Source: Octopus sinensis (lineage: Eukaryota). From it: a DNA stretch of 64,000 nt. Positions 40,701 through 52,700 of the stretch are shown piece after piece (within the stretch, counting starts at the first letter, position 1; each line of letters opens with the position of its first letter). The position numbers and the translations under genes were made by a program. Under the pieces are notes generated by a model. That model worked only from the letters and a program-made list of their open reading frames with translations. It was not told the origin of the DNA and searched no databases. The stretch is taken from NCBI RefSeq assembly GCF_006345805.1, contig NC_043010.1, forward strand, positions 33,790,001 to 33,854,000, given 5' to 3'.

Positions 40701-43700
40701 GCAGGCAGGCATTGCTATGAGGTTTTGGGTTCAATCCCACTGCATGGCACCTTAACTGTCTTTGTGTCTTCTATTATAACCTACCAAAACCTTATAAATG
40801 GATTTGGTAGATACAAACTGAAAGATTATTGTGTGTGTGTAGGTGCAGGCATGGCACTAGTTAAGAAGCTAGTGTCTCAAGCATGTGCTCTTGGTTTCAG
40901 TCTCACGGTCTGGCACCTTGGGCGAGTGTCTTCTACTATAGCTCCAGAAACTGAAAGAAGCCCAACGTATATGTATGTTTATTATATATGTGTGTGCTTC
41001 TTTTGTCTTGACATCATGTACATGAGCATCACTTGATGTTCGTTTATTGTTTTCCCTGATGAAATATTACCTTGCTTGGAAACGAGTGAGGGTTGGCAAC
41101 AGGAAGAGTATCCAGCTATAGAACAATATCTATCTCAACAAATTCTGCTAGTTCATGCAAGCATGGAAAAAGGGACATAAAAATGATGATGGTGTGTGTG
41201 TGTGTATGTGAGCATGCATCTTGCTTAGTTTTGCAAAGGTGGCAGTGATGTTGTCATTTCTCCTATCAACAAATCATCCATTTACTTTGTACCTTCGAAG
41301 CCAGGTGAAATAAGAGATCCTTTCTTCGAAAAACAAGTATGGGTTAGAGAAAGGAAGAGCATCCAGCTGTAAATCAATACCGCAGTAACACATTCGTCTA
41401 ACTCAGTGGCTCTCAACCATTTTTTTGTACCAATGGACCCCTTTGATTCCTGTTTTACTCAGGTGGATCCCCCACCCCCCATAGCCATCTGATGTTTTAA
41501 AAAATCCTATTTTATAATTAACTAATTAACTATTATTAGGAATTGCTTAAAATGATTGAAATATTTTGTGTATTGTAGAAGTATAACCAATTTATTGCAC
41601 ATACATTTTAATGACAAAATTTTATATGGACCCCAGTTGAAAACCACTGATCTAACCCATGTACGCATATAACAAAAAAAAGACATAAATCAAACACTTA
41701 CATATACAATATAACTGAAAAAATTTGGTGTCAAGCATAACTAATATATAGATATATATTATAGGATCTTTACCTTTTGCCCGACAGATTTAAAAAATAA
41801 TTTTTGTAACTAAACACTTTCAAAGTTTGTATACTTGTAGAATGTGTCACATAAAACATCTTTTACTCTTCGCATTGTTGAGCAAATTCTGTACTTTGGA
41901 AATTATTTTTTGTTTTATTCAGCTGAATACACATGATTGATTGGTTGAAATTACCAAAATACGATAACTTTAACAAAAAATAACTTCCAAAATACAGAAT
42001 TTTCTCAACAATGCCAAGAGTAAAAGATGTTTTATGTGACACATTCTACCAGTATACAAAATTTGAAAGTGTTTAGTTACAAAAAATTACTTTTTAAATC
42101 TGTCAGTCAAAAGGTAAAGATCCATATTATATATATAGCATGGGTGGAACGGTGCCACAAGAGCTGGCCAGGCCAAAGCCTGCACCAGACTTCTGTGTCT
42201 GTCTTGGCTGGATGCCCTTCCTAACACAAATTTATTTATTTATATCTGCTTATATAGTAACTAAAAATTGTCTGCATTTACTAGCTTCTGTAATATCCCC
42301 TTTTAATGGGTTATGTCTTTATAACCCTTCATTTGCATATCTTCATATTTGAATAATCAGGATTATTCTATTAATGATTGCACTGAGCAATAATTTTTTT
42401 CTTTTTTTTTTCTAATCCTAACAATGCTTTCCATTTAACAACAAGGAACAGGTAAGTGATTAACTCCTCTTCGTCTTTCTATTCACTGCAAAATTATAAA
42501 AAGTTTCTGTCCTGCACTTTGGTTTGTCTTCAAGTGTTTAAAAATTAAATCATAGCAACAATAATATCAAGTGGCTCTAGTTTTGTTGCTTTCTGCTGAT
42601 ATTTTGGCATGCAGTGAAGGCTACTTTTATTGGTGGCATTGTTCAAAGCTGATGATTTCTTTCGTCCTTTAAACAAAACAAATGTTTGTCTCAGCAGTGT
42701 TAGAGGGAATCATCAGTTTCTGCTTTTTTCTGTCTGTCTTTCTTTTTTTTTGCGATTGTACAAAAACCACTAGAAATTGACTTTTAACCCATTAGCATTC
42801 AAAACAGCTGAAACCTACTACCATACTGTTTCAGGTAATTGGTCTATTGCTCTTTGAAGAAAAACAGGCAAAATAAAAAATCACAATCTCACAGTTAGTT
42901 ATGCCATTCCCACACACATCTTTATTATTTTCATCATCTCACCAGCATGACTACAGCCTCATGGCTGAAGCACACACAAAAATAAAAATAACATGCCTGG
43001 TACTCAGGATGTTTGTTATGAATGCTTTCTGTGTTGTTATCTCTTCTCTAGTTCAGCTTTTAATTTTTCCAATCTGCTGGCTTAACATATTGAACATTAT
43101 ATAGACAATCAGTTACTATATTGTTTTTAAAAAAAACCTATCCTGCAGCTGCATTGAGTTAGATCAAGCTGATTGGTTAAAAATATGATCCTCACTAGGT
43201 GAACATTGAAGGTTATATATTTTTATCTAAAATAAATAAGTGATTATGATTAATTATGGGGAATTGACTTGCAGCATGCTAAAAGCTAATGTTTCCCACT
43301 TTATCAGTTCAATCCAGGACCCTTTTGCAAATAACATGTCATATGTCTATATTGTACTATTAATTAAACCCCTGTTTTTAAACAGATGTCCAGCATCTCA
43401 CCTTGAATGTCTTGTAATTCTGAACTTTTTATTACAACTAGCTTTGGTAGAAGCTGGTTCTACTATCAAAATTATCTGCAATTTCATTGATTTTAAAATG
43501 TTTTCATTTTTGAAGTGTTTATGTACTCTTCTACAAATTTATTTCTTCATTTGCTAAACAGTAACTATTTTACAGCAGTTCATATATGTATATGTGTATA
43601 GACGTATATGTGTTATTTTTTAAAATGGTCTTGCTTTATTTAACTTAATCAATTACTTTGTATGCCTATTTTAATAATATTACTGTTTTTTCTCGGCTAA

Positions 43701-46700
43701 TCCACCAGTTTTTCTGTATTTTAAAACCCTGCAACTTTTTCCTTCTTTGTGCGAGGTCTAACATAAGCTTCACAGCACTTCATACATATGTGTTTGTGCA
43801 TATAAATGAGACAAAAAGTACTCTGTACATAGGAGTTTCTTTATAGGTATAGCTGAATCTGTGTGCCAGTGAGTGTCTGAGGGACTTTATTAAAACAAAA
43901 CCTGACAAGTCATCAATGAGCTGTTAAAAGAAACACAACATTTCATATTGCTTTCTCTTTCCATCAAACAGAATGGGTCTGACTCTTCACTTGAACATTA
44001 TAGTTGTTATTAAATTCAACATGTTGCACCCATAATGAAGTTTATTTATATATATATTTTTGGTCAATCAAAATCTATCCCTCACTTCTCAGTAATGGTT
44101 CAATTTTCAAGTTTCCTTCTGTTTTTCTTCCCCCCACCCATTTTCTCCTCAAATAAATGTTTTGGAAGTTAATTTAACATTTTTTCTTAGATGTCCTTTA
44201 ATCCCTTCAGTCACAGATGAAAAAGTAAAACTATTTTAAAATTTTATTTTTTATTTATATTAAAATTGTATTTTAATATAAATAAAAAATGCTTAATTTT
44301 TGGCATGGATAAATTAATTTTGCTAACACTAGGTAAAAAAAATACTAATTTACATCTGCAACCATCCTCTATGACTTGTATGCAAACACTGAGTCAGAAT
44401 CACGTGGTCTTGATTATATATGCGTTTTAGAGGTGTCCAATGAATTGGTAACTGTGACTCAATTATAATTTACACTGAAAAATTGTCCAATACATTGGAC
44501 AAAGTGACTGAAGGGGTTAATGGCCTTGAGTGACCTTGTTTTGTATAGTAATTTTTATGATGGAAGAATAAAGTAATATCTTTCTCCCAAGATTGAATAC
44601 TTGCCTCTTCGAGTCCAATTCTTCACTATGGTTAATGATGTATTTTATCTTCCTAATCAAATCTGTTTCTATGATCCACTTTTTTTGTTTTGTTTTTTAG
44701 TTTTGTTTTATTACATCATGCAAGAAAAAACAACAGTACCTTTGTCTTTCTCTGATATGCCTTACCTTCTTAAATTGCTGAAATTAGTGTTATTGGTGTG
44801 TTTTAACTTGGACTTGAGAATTGGGACAGGAGTGATGCAGGACTTGGGAAGAATGATCAGATAATGTATATAGTGGAACACAATAGGCTGGAGGAAGAGA
44901 AATTAAGGCACTATTTGCTCGTTCAGAGGAGTTAAAATTGTTGTAGTAGTGGTAACAGAGACAGAAGGAGGGGCCACAGCATATTGCTGAGTTAATGATT
45001 GCAGCATGCTAATGAATACATGTTTGCTAGGCAGTTTTGGGAGTGCACCTTTATTCATGTCAGGGATCGATCTGTTGCATCCCAGATATATGCAATTTCC
45101 AATTGTTGGAAATTGCACTTGTTCCTTGTAGATGGTCAGCACTTTATCAACACCTTTTTTTTAAAAATTATTTGTCTGGATCTGAGGGTGAAGTCCATTT
45201 TCTGAAATGGTTTTAGTTAAGATTGGGGTTATTAACTGCATCAACTTTGAAAAGAAATTTTTCAAAATAAGTTTGAAATTTGACATAATGATTTATATTG
45301 TGTTATTACTGGAATCCCCTGATTATGTTGATGATGCTATCGCCTTTTTTTTTTTTTAAATCTGGTGTTCTATCAGTCTCTTTTGCCAAAGCACTAATTT
45401 ACAGGGATGTAAACAAACCAAAACTTATTGTCAAGTGGTGGTGGGACACACACATACACAATGGGCTTCCACACAGTTTCCATCTACCAAAATTCACTCA
45501 CAAGGCACTGGTCAGCCTGGGAGCTACAGCAGAAGACACTTACCCAAGGTGCCATATAGTGGGACTGAACCCCAAACCACATGATTGCATTAGCAAACTT
45601 CTTAACCACACAGTCATTACCTGTGCCTATAAGAGTTTACTCTCACCCCACCCACCAAAGAAAATATCTAAACAGTTATATATCAGAGGTTCACCAAGCA
45701 ATCACAAATATAGTGGCTCAATACTGACCTCGTTTAAAGATCAATTGTTTTCAGATGCAAATAATGACACTTACTGGAATTAGTAAGTTAGTAACAGTTT
45801 TAGGTTTGCATGAATTGGATTGGAAATGAAAACAGGTGATGTTGCTGTGTTAGGAGATGAAGATGAAATAAGGATGGTTGATTTGGTTAAAACCCGTTAT
45901 TTGCTATGGAGCTACTCTTCATTACTCTTCCATGAAGGCTTGATCTTTTTTCTTATCATCATAATCATCATCATTATTATTAATCTCTTCTTTTGTCCAG
46001 TAAGTTCTTGGACCACTACTATAGACTGCCAAAGATTCTCACTCCATCTTTCTGCTGCTTCATTCCCTTCTGAGAAGAGATTGTCCATATTGATCTATTT
46101 GTTTGGTGCTATCTTTTTCCTGTCACTGTCATCATCTTCATGGAGACTGTCTCCATGCTTGCTTAGTCATTTTCAGAAAATTATGTAGTCCCTGTCTCTC
46201 ATTGTCTCTTCTACTTCTATTACAACTGATCTTCTTCCTCTGTATACCATTTCTATCCAGATCCAACTTCTCTCATTACTCTCAACACCCTCTCCCACTA
46301 ACTTTGTATTGTATTATTGTGTTGTACACATTGCAACTCATCATTACTCCTCTACCTCCTGAGTTGATGATGGGAGGTACAAAGAATGTGGGACCTGCCC
46401 CTCTTCCTTGGGATGAAATAATTGAGCGAAAACGAAGTTAACCTCTCTTACCTGTTAATGCGATGCTTCTAATACCCAGAAACATCACCTGTTCAAAACA
46501 CATTGAGGCTATGATTAGACTTTATTAATTAGCTTTGTGGTTGTTCTTTATTTCTTAACAGTTGGAGAGGCTGATAAAAACTAATCTCCTTAAAGCCACT
46601 TCTCTGTTATGGATTAATCAGTAACCTAAGATTGATGGAGGTGGAGTGCATCATTCTGAGAAGCCTCTACCACATCAGTATAATAACTCTTTCCATAACT

Positions 46701-49700
46701 TCAACACATCAGCCTTTCTGTGGATATTTGACTAAGTAGCTCACTTCCTCACCAAAAGTTCAGTTCCACTGCTTGACACCTTAGGGAAGTGCCTTCTTCT
46801 GTAGACCTGGTCTGACCAAAGCTTTGTGAATAGATTTGGTAGATGAAATCTGAAAAGAGTGTGTGTGTCCTTGTATTGACATCATCTGATGGCTGTAACC
46901 ATTTCCAGTCTGCTGTAGAAACTTGCCCAACTAAGGTGGAATTGGGTGGGAAACCTTTCTTGGGAATAGGTGAGGGTTGTTGATAGGTAGAGCATCCAGC
47001 TTTAGGAAATCTGCCTCAATGAATTTCAGTTGATATATGCGAGCATGGAAAAGGGGATATTAAAACAATAATAGCAGTGATGATGGCCTCCATTGAATGT
47101 TCTCACTGCACTTCATTATATAACATGCATGTTCAGAGAAAGATATATATCTGTTTCAGTCTTTGGAATACTATCGTAAGCATCTCGTCCCAAAATCAAA
47201 AGCATAGAACATCGCAAACACCTTGTTCCAAATTCAAAAGCTTTGAGAAAGTCAGTCAGTCAAGATGGGGGTGTAGACAGTTGTCCAAGTTCTCAACCAC
47301 CAATGTTATTCTCTTATAGAAGAATCCACTGAAGTCAAAGAAGAAAATGACAATACTGAAGATAATCTGAACTAGGGGTTCTCAACCATTTTTTATTCAT
47401 GGACCCCTTACTAGTGGGTCCCATAACCATTCAATGTTTAAAAACTAGTCTTAAAGAAACTTTTTCCAAAATTCCAGTTTTGTTTTTCACACTTTAACTT
47501 GTGTAAGTTGAACTATGTAAAATGTTAGAAAAAAACAAACAAACCTAGCTGTTTCTAGCAATACATATCAATACATATATCTAAAGTGAAATTTCGATAT
47601 ATGTTGTATGTTGTATGCAAAAGAAAAACTAAAATGAAGTGTTCTTTACTAATACTTATTTGTCTTGCATCAATCCCAGTTTTGATTTTGTTTTGATTTT
47701 TGTTCTGTATTGGTAATGTGGTGGTGGCGGAGTTGGAATTCATTATATTTTTTCTTTATTCCAGATAACAAACTTTTGGATATATTTCGTTTTCCCTTCT
47801 GTTTAATTTTTACTTTACAACTTAAATGTCATGCAATTTTGTCACTACACAGATCAAGTCACTAGAGAGTATACATATACATATGTATACACATACACAC
47901 ATATATTGCATACTTTTATTAATTTACTGGTTTTCATCATTGGGCTGTGGCCACGCTGGTGGATACTACCTTGTATAGTTTATTTACATCAATCCGAGTA
48001 CTGATTTTTTATTCACTGGAAATTATTTTATCAATCCCAGAACAATATAAGACAAAGTGAACCTGAGTGAGATTTGGACTTGGAATTACATATATATATA
48101 TAATCAGTGAAGCTAATCCTTTTTGTTTTTATTTTCAGCTCCCTCTAGTTTTCCGAGTGCCTCCTTTGTTTCCGTCTCATCCCTCAGTGTGTTTTGTACA
48201 GGAGTCGCTTCTGGGCTTTGGCGACGTCATATTACCAGGTAAGGGTTGCTTCTCTCTCAACGAGGAATAATTCCTATATTCGTTACAACTGTCCTACACA
48301 CCTCTTGAACTCGAGACATAATTGCTTTCCTATCCAAGTTTGAACTTGTCAGGTGACTTCTAAAGAGGAAAATGCAAGCAGTGGTGTTTGGAAGAATTCC
48401 AGGAGAGTACAGTCGCACATTCTCTTGGAAAGGTTACTCAACTAATTGGCATGCTGTCACTTTCTGACAAGCTCCAGCCTTTGGCCCACAAAGGTACTGT
48501 GTCTACTCTCTGTTATTTTCCAACTGCTACAACAAGGGTCTCTGCTTCTCAAAGCTGGCTGGTCCCATGAAGCACTTGACTGACTCATCTCTCCTTTCAT
48601 CATCCACATTGTATCCAACCCTGCTACCACAAGCCCACACTAACCGATATACTCAACTTTTTCTCCTCAGAATGTCAGCCCTCTTGAATTCCTACTCCCA
48701 TGCATCTGCCTTACCTGCAGTCATCAACTTGCCTCAGTTCATGCAGACCATTAACAGCATCAGTCTTGCCAGACTCAGAGATTATGGTCACTACCCCTCT
48801 CTCCAGACCTACTAAAAAACATTGTTTATAACTCTGTCTGCCTTGATTGAGTAAATCTGTGATTGACAGCATTCTAGCCATGATAACTCTGTCCTTTTTG
48901 GGTATCGGGTTCTCTCATTTAAAAAAAACAAAACTGCAGAGTATATTTGAGACAATTTGACTGCTGTTTCTAGCAAGTCAAATCATTATGTAATAGTTCC
49001 CTAATTGTCTCACAAAGCGTTAAACTGTGAGTTAGAAATCATTGTTTGAAGATGTAATACAACATAGATGTTAAGCCTTGTTTTGATGTAGAAAATATTT
49101 TATATTGATGTTGTTATCGTTACAGGTGTACTGGTTGTCTACAGTCATATTTTTGATATCTATGTCCGAGCAAAGAAACTTTATCTCGTTATTTCTATTT
49201 TTGGTAAGCATTGATGACTTTCTTTTCATTGAAACTGAATTTTAATTAGTTTGGTGGCTAATTAGTGTTGATGTTGCTTGTGTTTATTCTATCTTCATTA
49301 TAAGTCATTATGTACCTCATATTTTAAAGATTGTATGATGGTTGTTATGATTTAGTTGCCACATTGAACAGATTTAGCAAATCTCCAAATCTAAATCAGA
49401 TTATGTAGTGATTGTGGCACTGACTCCAGAGGTCCCTGGTTTAAACACAGTATAGTTAAGTATGATTCTGCTGCTACATTGAACAGGTCAAATGACTGGC
49501 AGAATTCATAAAGTGTCAAACAAAATGAATTTTATGGTCTGAGTTCAAATCTTGCCAAGTACAAATCAAGTACTAGGGATCAGTTTAATATTCCTTTAAA
49601 GCATCCTAGATGTGAATAGAATTATAATTGTAAAGATGCAGGTATGGCTGTGTGGTCAAGATGTTTGCTTCTCAGCCACATTTTCTGGTTCAGTCCCACT

Positions 49701-52700
49701 GCATGGCACTTTGCACAAGTGTCTTCTATAGCTCAGGCCCACCAAAGCCTTGTGAGTGGATTTGGTAGATGGAAATAATAAGAAGCTTGTCGTGTGTGTA
49801 TTTAAATAAATACATATATATATATATAATGTTTGTGTCTCCTTGTCTTGATATTGCATGGTAGCTGTAAATGAATGTCACTGTTATACATGCTGTGTCA
49901 TTCAATTCCAATATTCTATGTAAACTTGCCTGGCCATGGGGAAATATTACCATGTTTAGAAACCGGTGGGGGTTGGTGACAGGAATGGCATCCAGCCATA
50001 GAAAATGTTTCAATGTATTCCACCTGACCTATGCAGGCATGGAAAAATAGACAATAAAACAATGATGATGGTCAACTAAGAAAGCCATAGAAGTAATTTT
50101 GCTGGCTGAAGAGGCCTTTGACAGTTTGGTGATTTTTAGAAATAATTTAGCTGCCCTCGTTCAAACAGTCACATAACAATATAGTTGTACTTTCACAGAA
50201 AAGTCTCTGTTTTAAAGACAATAGTAATTGTTGAAGATGATTTTTACTGCAAAGAGACTTTCACTATGTTAGTAATTTGCCAGTCTATCTATGGTGACAA
50301 CCTTGGCATTATTCATGGATTTGAGAATTCAGGCAGCATGTCCAAGAGTGGATGACAAGTCTAGTATGAATGTAAAACCTCCTATTCACATTGGGCAGAC
50401 ATTTTTCAAACTCTGTGCTATTGCAATGAGAGCTCTGGAATTTCATAGCTCTTATCTTTCTGCTCAGCTTGTCTTGTGCCAGTTTACTCAGATGCTTTGG
50501 AACCTTCCTGATCATGCTGAGCTAGGTATCTCTCTTGGAAGCAAGGTTCTCCCATGATTCTGGAATGACATTTGTGTACCTTAACTGATCCATAAAGACT
50601 ACTGTTTTAATGAAGTAATTAAATCAAACTCATTACTTGGAAGGATGTAAAACAGTTGCCCTCAGCAGTATTGACGTAACTATCACAAAGTATTTAGTCC
50701 ACTGCCCTACCAATTCTGGCAATCCACCTTAATTTTGCAGTTCAATAATAATAAAATTAAACTACCATATTTTCTAGCATACAAATCAAATTTTTCTGAC
50801 AAATTTACAGCCAAAACAAGATAGATTGACTTATACAATGAAGATGATTTAGGAGGACTAAAAATTTCATGTGAAATACACCAGGGCTTAGCAAGATAAT
50901 GGCGAGGCTTGAATCTTAACTCTACATACTACATTGATTTGTATGCTGGAAAATACTGTAAAAGCTTATTTAGTTATCATTTTTGTCTGTTTCTTAATAT
51001 GTATATTTATATATTTACTATTCTTGATTTTTTNNNNNNNNNNNNNNNNNNNNNNNNNNNNNNNNNNNNNNNNNNNNNNNNNNNNNNNNNNNNNNNNNNN
51101 NNNNNNNNNNNNNNNNNNNNNNNNNNNNNNNNNTCTTTATTTTTCAAAATTAAGATAAACATAACTTCTTTTTTAATCTAAAATATACTCTTCTGAAATT
51201 CACTGTTATGTGATGAAAAATACTCCTCCATTACTGTTTCTGACCTCGTCTACAGAATTCATATTTTTTCTGTCCAAATGATTTTGAAGACTGCAGAGTA
51301 AATGATAATCAGATGGGGCAATATCCGGTGAATATGGTAGGTGGGGCATCAATTCCCATTCAAACTGCTCCATTCTTTGGAATATCATTCTCGTTGTATG
51401 TGGCTGAACATTATCCTGATGGAAGCATATCTTTTATCTTGAAACCGAAGATGGTTGTTTTTCTTCTAGTGCTGACTTAAGCCGCTCAAGCTGCTTGCAG
51501 TAGATCTCCTTTGTTATCGTTTGGTTGGAGTTTAAAAGTTCAAAGTGGACTAAACCTTTCATATCCCACCAAACAGATAACAACACCATATGTGGTTGAA
51601 GTCCTTTTTTAGTCTGGGGTGTCAGTGTTTCTCCTTTCCCTACCCACTGTCTTCAGCACTTGACATTTTATAGAGAACCCATTTCTTATGAGTCACTATT
51701 CCATCCAAAACTACTTAATTTGTGAAATGTGACGGCAAAGAAGAGCACATATTCACTCTCTGCATGTGATCAGACTTGGAAAGTTTGTGAGGAACCCATT
51801 GACCCAATTTACTAACTCTTCTGATGGCACACAGTTGTTGATGAATGGTTGAATGACCAAACCCAAGCTTCTCTGCTTGTTCCTCAATAGTTACAATGGG
51901 ATTTTGTTCCACCAGGGTTTGCAGGATGTCCTCATTGAGCTCTACAGATCTTCCAGGACAAGACTCGTCTTCTTGGCTGTAGTTCCCAGCTCTGAATTTC
52001 TGGAATCACTGCTGACATTGGCTTATGCTTATTGTCTGATCCCCATATACTGCGTTAATATTCCTTGCACTTTCCATTGTGTTGTTGCCTTTATTGAACT
52101 CATAAGGCAAAATATGCCGAATATGCTCCTTTGTCACTTCCTTTATAACTTGGAAAAAATAACTGTTAAAATCGAACTGCACTCTTCAAAACTTGCACTA
52201 AGTAATTTTACCTTGTACTTATTCTATCTGCTTTTATAGCAAGTTGATGGGGGTGGTTTATCCTGCCCCGCCCTCCAACTTTTAGTTCATGCAATTGAAA
52301 AAATCAGCATTATTTATGGGATGACCCAATATACAATCAAAATAAAAATCAAATTCGATGACTGGCGCCCATGCTGGCAGGGTGCAAAGAGCACCATACG
52401 AGCGTGATCATTGACAGAGCAGCTAACTGGCTTCCATGCCAGTGGCATTTAAAAGGCACCATTCGAGCGTGATCGTTACCAGCATCACCTTACTGGCACT
52501 TGTGCCCATGCTAGTAGGGTGCCAAGAGCACCATCCGAGTGTGATCGTTGCCAGAGCAGCCAACTGGCTTCCATGCCAGTGGCACGTAAAAGAGCACCAT
52601 TCAAGCGTGATCGTTACCAACATCGCCTTACTGGCACCTGTGCTGGTGGCATGTGTAAAAGGATTCGAGCAAGGTCGTTGCCAGTACCGCCTGACTGGCC

